Of a DNA stretch of 49,129 nt, positions 45,334 to 49,129 are shown in pieces. A program made the translations under genes and the position numbers. The stretch covers positions 1 through 49,129 of the forward strand of contig JBFMGU010000049.1 in NCBI GenBank assembly GCA_040752415.1. Reading direction: 5' to 3'. The notes beneath the pieces are model-generated. The model did no database searches. It saw only the letters and a program-made list of their open reading frames with translations, and was not told where the DNA came from. The stretch's first letter is position 1. Every line of letters starts with the position of its first letter. Source of the stretch: Myxococcota bacterium (GTDB taxonomy: Bacteria > Myxococcota > JACRCW01).

Positions 45334-46659
45334 TCAGCCGCGTTGGAAGTCGTAGACGCTGCCCAGCTTCAGGATGCCGGTCAGCTCGTCCAGCGCGCTC
45401 ATGCTCTCGCGCGCCAGCTTGGGATCCCGCAGGTCGTCGGCGGTGAGGCGGTCGCGGTAGTGGCGCTCCACCCAGGACGTCAGCTCGGCGTGCAGCGCCG
45501 GCGTGAACAGCACGTTGGCCCCCAGCGCGGCCTCCTGTTCCGTGGTCATGGGCACGCGCAGGCGCAGGCACGCGGGTCCGCCGCCGTTCTGCATGGAGTC
45601 CTTGAGGTCCAGGTGGTGGATGCTGCGCACCGGGTTGTCACCGGCCAGCACCGACTCCAGGAAGGCGCGTGCCCGGGGGTTCTCCTGGCTCTCCACCGGG
45701 GCGATGATGGTCATGCTCCCGTCGGGGAGGGTGAGCACCTGGGAATTGAACGGGTAGGCCAGCACCGCGTCCTCGGCGGGCAGCTCTGCTTGACGCGCCA
45801 CCACCACGCGCAGCTCCTCGCCCAACAGCTCGCGCAGCCGCGCCACCAGCGCTTCTCCGTCGACGAACGCGAGCTCGTGCATCATCAGCAGGTTCTCGTT
45901 GCCCACCGCCAGGACGTCGGTGTGGAACGCGCCGGCGTCAATGCCTCCCGGGTGCTGCTGCGGGAAGAGCGTGCGGGAAGGATGCAGCTGGTGCAGGCGG
46001 GCCAGGGCCTCGGAGGCCTCCTGGGTCTGGCGCGCGGGGTGGCGGGTGGGTCCCTGGTGCGGACCCCAGGCGCGACGTCCCCAGGCCAGCAGGTGCACGG
46101 CGGGATGCGCGCGCGTCTTGAGCCGCGTGTGATTGGCCGCGCCCTCGTCGGCAAGCTGGCTGCAGGCGGGCAGGGGGGCGTGCACGGTGAAGTGGCGCGG
46201 GTCGTTGAAGATGTGGCGCAGGATGCGCTCGGTCTCGTCGGCCTCCAGGGCGCGGTGGAACATCTGCTGGAGGTTGGCGGGGGTGAGGTGCAGCTTGCCG
46301 TCGGCGGTGTCCTCGGAGGGAGCCACGGTGGCGGCGTTGGCGGTCCACATGGCGGCCGCGCTGCTGCACAGGCGCAACAGGTGCTCATGGTCGCGCGCGG
46401 CGCGGGTGATGATTTCCTCGTCGGAGCCGGTGAAGCCCAGGTTGCGCAGCACGCTGAGGCGCGGGCGCTCGTGCGGCGGAAGGACGGCCTGGCCCACGCC
46501 CAGTCCGTGCACCAGGCGCATCTTCTCCAGCCCGCGCAGCGCCGCCCGACGGGGATTGGACGCCTGACCGCCGTGCCGGGTGCTGGCCACGTTGCCGGGA
46601 GACAGGCCACCGTAGTTGTGCGTGGGGCCTACCAGTCCGTCCAAGTTGAGCTCGCGCAT
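45334..46659 (-). CDS. astB: N-succinylarginine dihydrolase
   Basis: DGLVGPTHNYGGLS.GN.AS, SAAAMWTANAAT, DEGAANH, ARQT.EAS, GAFHTDV, SMQNGGGPACLRLR. Confidence 0.95.
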   Translation of the reverse strand: MRELNLDGLVGPTHNYGGLSPGNVASTRHGGQASNPRRAALRGLEKMRLVHGLGVGQAVLPPHERPRLSVLRNLGFTGSDEEIITRAARDHEHLLRLCSSAAAMWTANAATVAPSEDTADGKLHLTPANLQQMFHRALEADETERILRHIFNDPRHFTVHAPLPACSQLADEGAANHTRLKTRAHPAVHLLAWGRRAWGPHQGPTRHPARQTQEASEALARLHQLHPSRTLFPQQHPGGIDAGAFHTDVLAVGNENLLMMHELAFVDGEALVARLRELLGEELRVVVARQAELPAEDAVLAYPFNSQVLTLPDGSMTIIAPVESQENPRARAFLESVLAGDNPVRSIHHLDLKDSMQNGGGPACLRLRVPMTTEQEAALGANVLFTPALHAELTSWVERHYRDRLTADDLRDPKLARESMSALDELTGILKLGSVYDFQRG

Positions 46660-46702
46660 GCGCGTGACATGGACCGGAGACCCGCGGCTTTTCAAGCGGG
46701 AA

Positions 46703-47212
46703 TCACCCCGGCTGCGGAGCGAGGCGCAGGGGCAACATCTCCACCAGCGGCTTCTGCAGCGGCCGCAGCACCTTCCGCTCGACGACGATCTCATCCTTGC
46801 GGATGGCGCTCACCCGCGCACCGTCCCGACCCAGCGCGGTGCCAATGGTCACCATGTGCCCCACGCCGTGCGGGTCCTCCACCATGGCGCGCGGCACCGC
46901 CACCCCCACCACGATGCCCACCAGCTTGAGCTCGTCGAGGTCGTAGCGTTCCAGCTCGGAGTTGCCCTCGTGGCGCGGCGGCTCCAGCTCCGGGGCGCGG
47001 AAGGGATCCTTGTCGGGCGCGCGCCGCACCGGGACGTACGCTCTCGTCGGAGAGGCAGGCTCCGCGGTCAGCTCCGCGCGCGTCGCTTCCGTCGCCACCG
47101 GGACGGTGGGTGCCGAGGGGCGCGGGGCTGTCGTCGTCGAATCCGAGTCGCAGCCCGCGAGCCACGTCGTGAAAAGTGCCGCCAGCATCCCTGGTCCGTG
47201 CATCCGCTTCAT
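46703..47212 (-). CDS. pilP: Type IV pilus assembly lipoprotein PilP-like
   Basis: AAGGAGA RBS; lipobox LAGC; KDPFR...LERYDLDELKLVGIV...AMVEDP.G.GH.V..G..LG. Confidence 0.78.
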   Translation of the reverse strand: MKRMHGPGMLAALFTTWLAGCDSDSTTTAPRPSAPTVPVATEATRAELTAEPASPTRAYVPVRRAPDKDPFRAPELEPPRHEGNSELERYDLDELKLVGIVVGVAVPRAMVEDPHGVGHMVTIGTALGRDGARVSAIRKDEIVVERKVLRPLQKPLVEMLPLRLAPQPG

Positions 47213-47370
47213 GGCGTCTCTCCTTGGCGCGGTCCGGCGCGCTCCTGTCAAGGCTACGGAGCGGATGCAACAAAGACAACGCAAAGATATGTCATTGATG
47301 CATTGTTGATATGAATTGACGTGTCGGGTGATGTGTGTTTGCTCCGCCGGCAACTCACGCGACAGGGTCG

Positions 47371-48144
47371 CCCCAAGGCGTTGGGAGGGTGTGGTCGGTG
47401 GGTCGGTGGTGGAACCCTCTTGGCGGGTTCACGTGCGGTTCGTCGTCGGAAGCCCCGCTGCGGGTGACGAGGTCGCGTGGTCCCAAAGGCGTTGGGAGGG
47501 TGTGGTCGGCTGGGCCGGTGAGGATGCCGCTCGTCGGTGTTCTCGGCGCCGGGCGACCCGCTTGTCGTCGGCATGTCCAGTGCGGCGGTACATGCGGCCT
47601 GGAGGCCCCGTGCCGACTTCCGACGCTCGCCTGCCTGGCGCCCACGCACCCGGCACACGCTCTCGCCGACGGGGCTTGCGCGATACCTCCGGCGAGCGGT
47701 GACCTCAACGGGCGCAACCGACCCAGGCCCTCCCGAACGCCTTTGGGACCGCGCGACGTCGTCCCATCCTGGCGCGCTCGCGACGACGATCCGTGCCGCC
47801 GCCGAGGCACCCGACGACGCCTTGTGTCCCAAGCGACGGCCTTGGGTGGAGGGAGTAGGGCCGGATGGCCGGGTCACCCTCCCCTCTGCGGGGCATGTCA
47901 CGATTATCGTTACGTTTGTCATGATAATCGTGACATCGCGCGTGAGGCCCCCTGCCCGGCGTGCCCGGCGCGGTGGCCTTGCCGCGGAGACCTGAGCCCA
48001 TCATCCGCGTCAACACACCCCAACGCCTTTGGGACGACGAGGTTCGCCCGGCGCTGAGGCCCGCGACGCCGACGCCCACGCGAGAATCTCCCGCAAACGT
48101 GGAATTCAACGGCGCAACAGACCACGCCCTCCCAACGCCTTTGG
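47371..48144. repeat. Intergenic cluster of a ~27-bp motif (CCAAAGGCGTTGGGAGGGTGTGGTCGG): two forward and three reverse copies
   Basis: Forward copies at about 47371-47398 and 47481-47509; reverse copies at about 47718-47750, 48015-48035 and 48119-48144. Confidence 0.75.
47895..47936. promoter_or_regulatory. AT-rich dyad, possible protein-binding site
   Basis: ATGTCACGATTATC-N14-GATAATCGTGACAT with perfect 14-bp arms. Confidence 0.45.
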
Positions 48145-48221
48145 AGTGATTGCGGCTCTGCGAGGCCGTCACGTGAACCCCTCCCCGTGTGCCCCGTCTC
48201 CGTCGTCACATCTTGACGACC

Positions 48222-49067
48222 TCACCGCCGGCGCGCCACGCACCCGAGCATGAGCGGGATTTCCGGCGCGCCCTTGGGCATGCGCCACCGGTTCCCTTCC
48301 TCCTGCACCATCCCCTCATACAGCCTGCAGCCGTTGCTGTACGGGTATTCCCGCACCGTCTCCACGACGAGACCACCGCCGATCATCGCGCTGAGCAGCT
48401 CCGCGGAGGTCCAGTAGAACCCGTGGCACGCGTGCGGATTCCGGAAGTCCTTCACGCCATCCTGCCAGCCCATGGGCGCCAGGTTCGCGCCCGCGTCGGC
48501 CACGTAGTCGTGCACGCCGTCGTTCTCGCGCACCGGCTCGCCGTGGTTGAAATACGGAAAGCTCATGCGGCCCTGGCGGTCCAGCATCATCGCCACCGGG
48601 TGGAACTCCATGAGCACCAGCCGCCCGCCCGGCCTGAGCGCGCGCGCCACGCCGCGGGCCCACGCGTCCAGGTCGCTGAGCCAGCACACCGCGCCGTAGG
48701 AGGAGAACACCACGTCGTACGCGCGCGTGTTCTGCTCCAGGAACTCGTACACGTCGGAGCGGATGAAGCGCGCCGCCACGCCGCTCTCCCGCGCCAGCTG
48801 CTCGGCAAACCCGATCGCCTCGTCGCTGATGTCCACGCCGGTGACGTCGTCGCACAGGCGCGCCAGGCTGAGCGTGTCCTGGCCCGCGTTGCACTGCAGG
48901 TGCAGCACCGCGCTTCCCGTCAGCGTCCCCAGCAGCTCCCGCTCCTCGGGGAACAGCGTGCTCCCGCCCCGACGGAAGAAGCCCGCCTGGTCCTGCTTGT
49001 GGCTGTTGTGCGCGCGCGTGGCCGCGTTCCAGGAAAGACGGTTCTCCTCGTGCAGGTCCTTGCGCAT
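48222..49067 (-). CDS. Class I SAM-dependent methyltransferase
   Basis: VLHLQCNAGQDTLSLA, VTGVDIS, YDVVFSSYG, LRPGG, EFHP. ATG 49067. Confidence 0.9.
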   Translation of the reverse strand: MRKDLHEENRLSWNAATRAHNSHKQDQAGFFRRGGSTLFPEERELLGTLTGSAVLHLQCNAGQDTLSLARLCDDVTGVDISDEAIGFAEQLARESGVAARFIRSDVYEFLEQNTRAYDVVFSSYGAVCWLSDLDAWARGVARALRPGGRLVLMEFHPVAMMLDRQGRMSFPYFNHGEPVRENDGVHDYVADAGANLAPMGWQDGVKDFRNPHACHGFYWTSAELLSAMIGGGLVVETVREYPYSNGCRLYEGMVQEEGNRWRMPKGAPEIPLMLGCVARRR

Positions 49068-49129
49068 GGTGGTTCTCCCCAGGGCCGGTACGACACCACG
49101 TGACCTGCAGCGCGGCAACGCCGAGGGCG

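Noticed and set aside
42874..46929. 1351-aa plus-strand ORF
   Set aside because: Antisense shadow of the hybrid kinase and astB, with no recognisable motifs.
47895..47936. dif (XerCD) site
   Set aside because: It does not match the 11-6-11 layout or the TTATGTTAAAT XerD arm.
47371..48144. CRISPR array from the 27-bp motif
   Set aside because: Spacing is irregular, orientation is mixed, copies are degenerate, and there are no cas genes.

Overview
High-GC bacterial chromosomal window, most likely from Myxococcota (MYXO-CTERM-like tail, Cys/Ser-rich lipoproteins, PilP-like gene). It holds about 42 protein-coding genes. I found no rRNA, tRNA, CRISPR array or intact transposase. The main feature is a respiratory island at about 2.2-15.0 kb. 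It carries a heme-copper oxidase superfamily enzyme whose subunit I keeps all six metal-ligand His but has Gln where O2 reductases have the cross-linked Tyr (GHQSQQ versus GHPxVY), the eNOR-type nitric oxide reductase signature. The same operon encodes a degenerate second subunit-I paralog, two unannotated single-helix micro-ORFs, a membrane SCO protein and a Rieske-less cytochrome b / 2x[4Fe-4S] / MvhD-like fusion; heme O synthase is transcribed divergently. Back-to-back sigma-54 promoters with a shared palindromic enhancer sit between the two units. A convergent two-component pair follows: a kinase with the RegB/PrrB quinone-binding GGxxNPF motif and a sigma-54 activator. The rest of the window has metabolic and accessory genes (aceE, a PIG-L/nagB/phosphomutase operon, a CDF transporter, a ThDP enzyme, GT4 plus a debranching enzyme, astB, orphan pilP), a protein built from an unrecognised 63-aa repeat next to an amidoligase, a temptin-like CxxCH surface protein, and several REP/REPIN-like intergenic repeat structures. 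All calls come from motif recognition by eye; no database searches were run.
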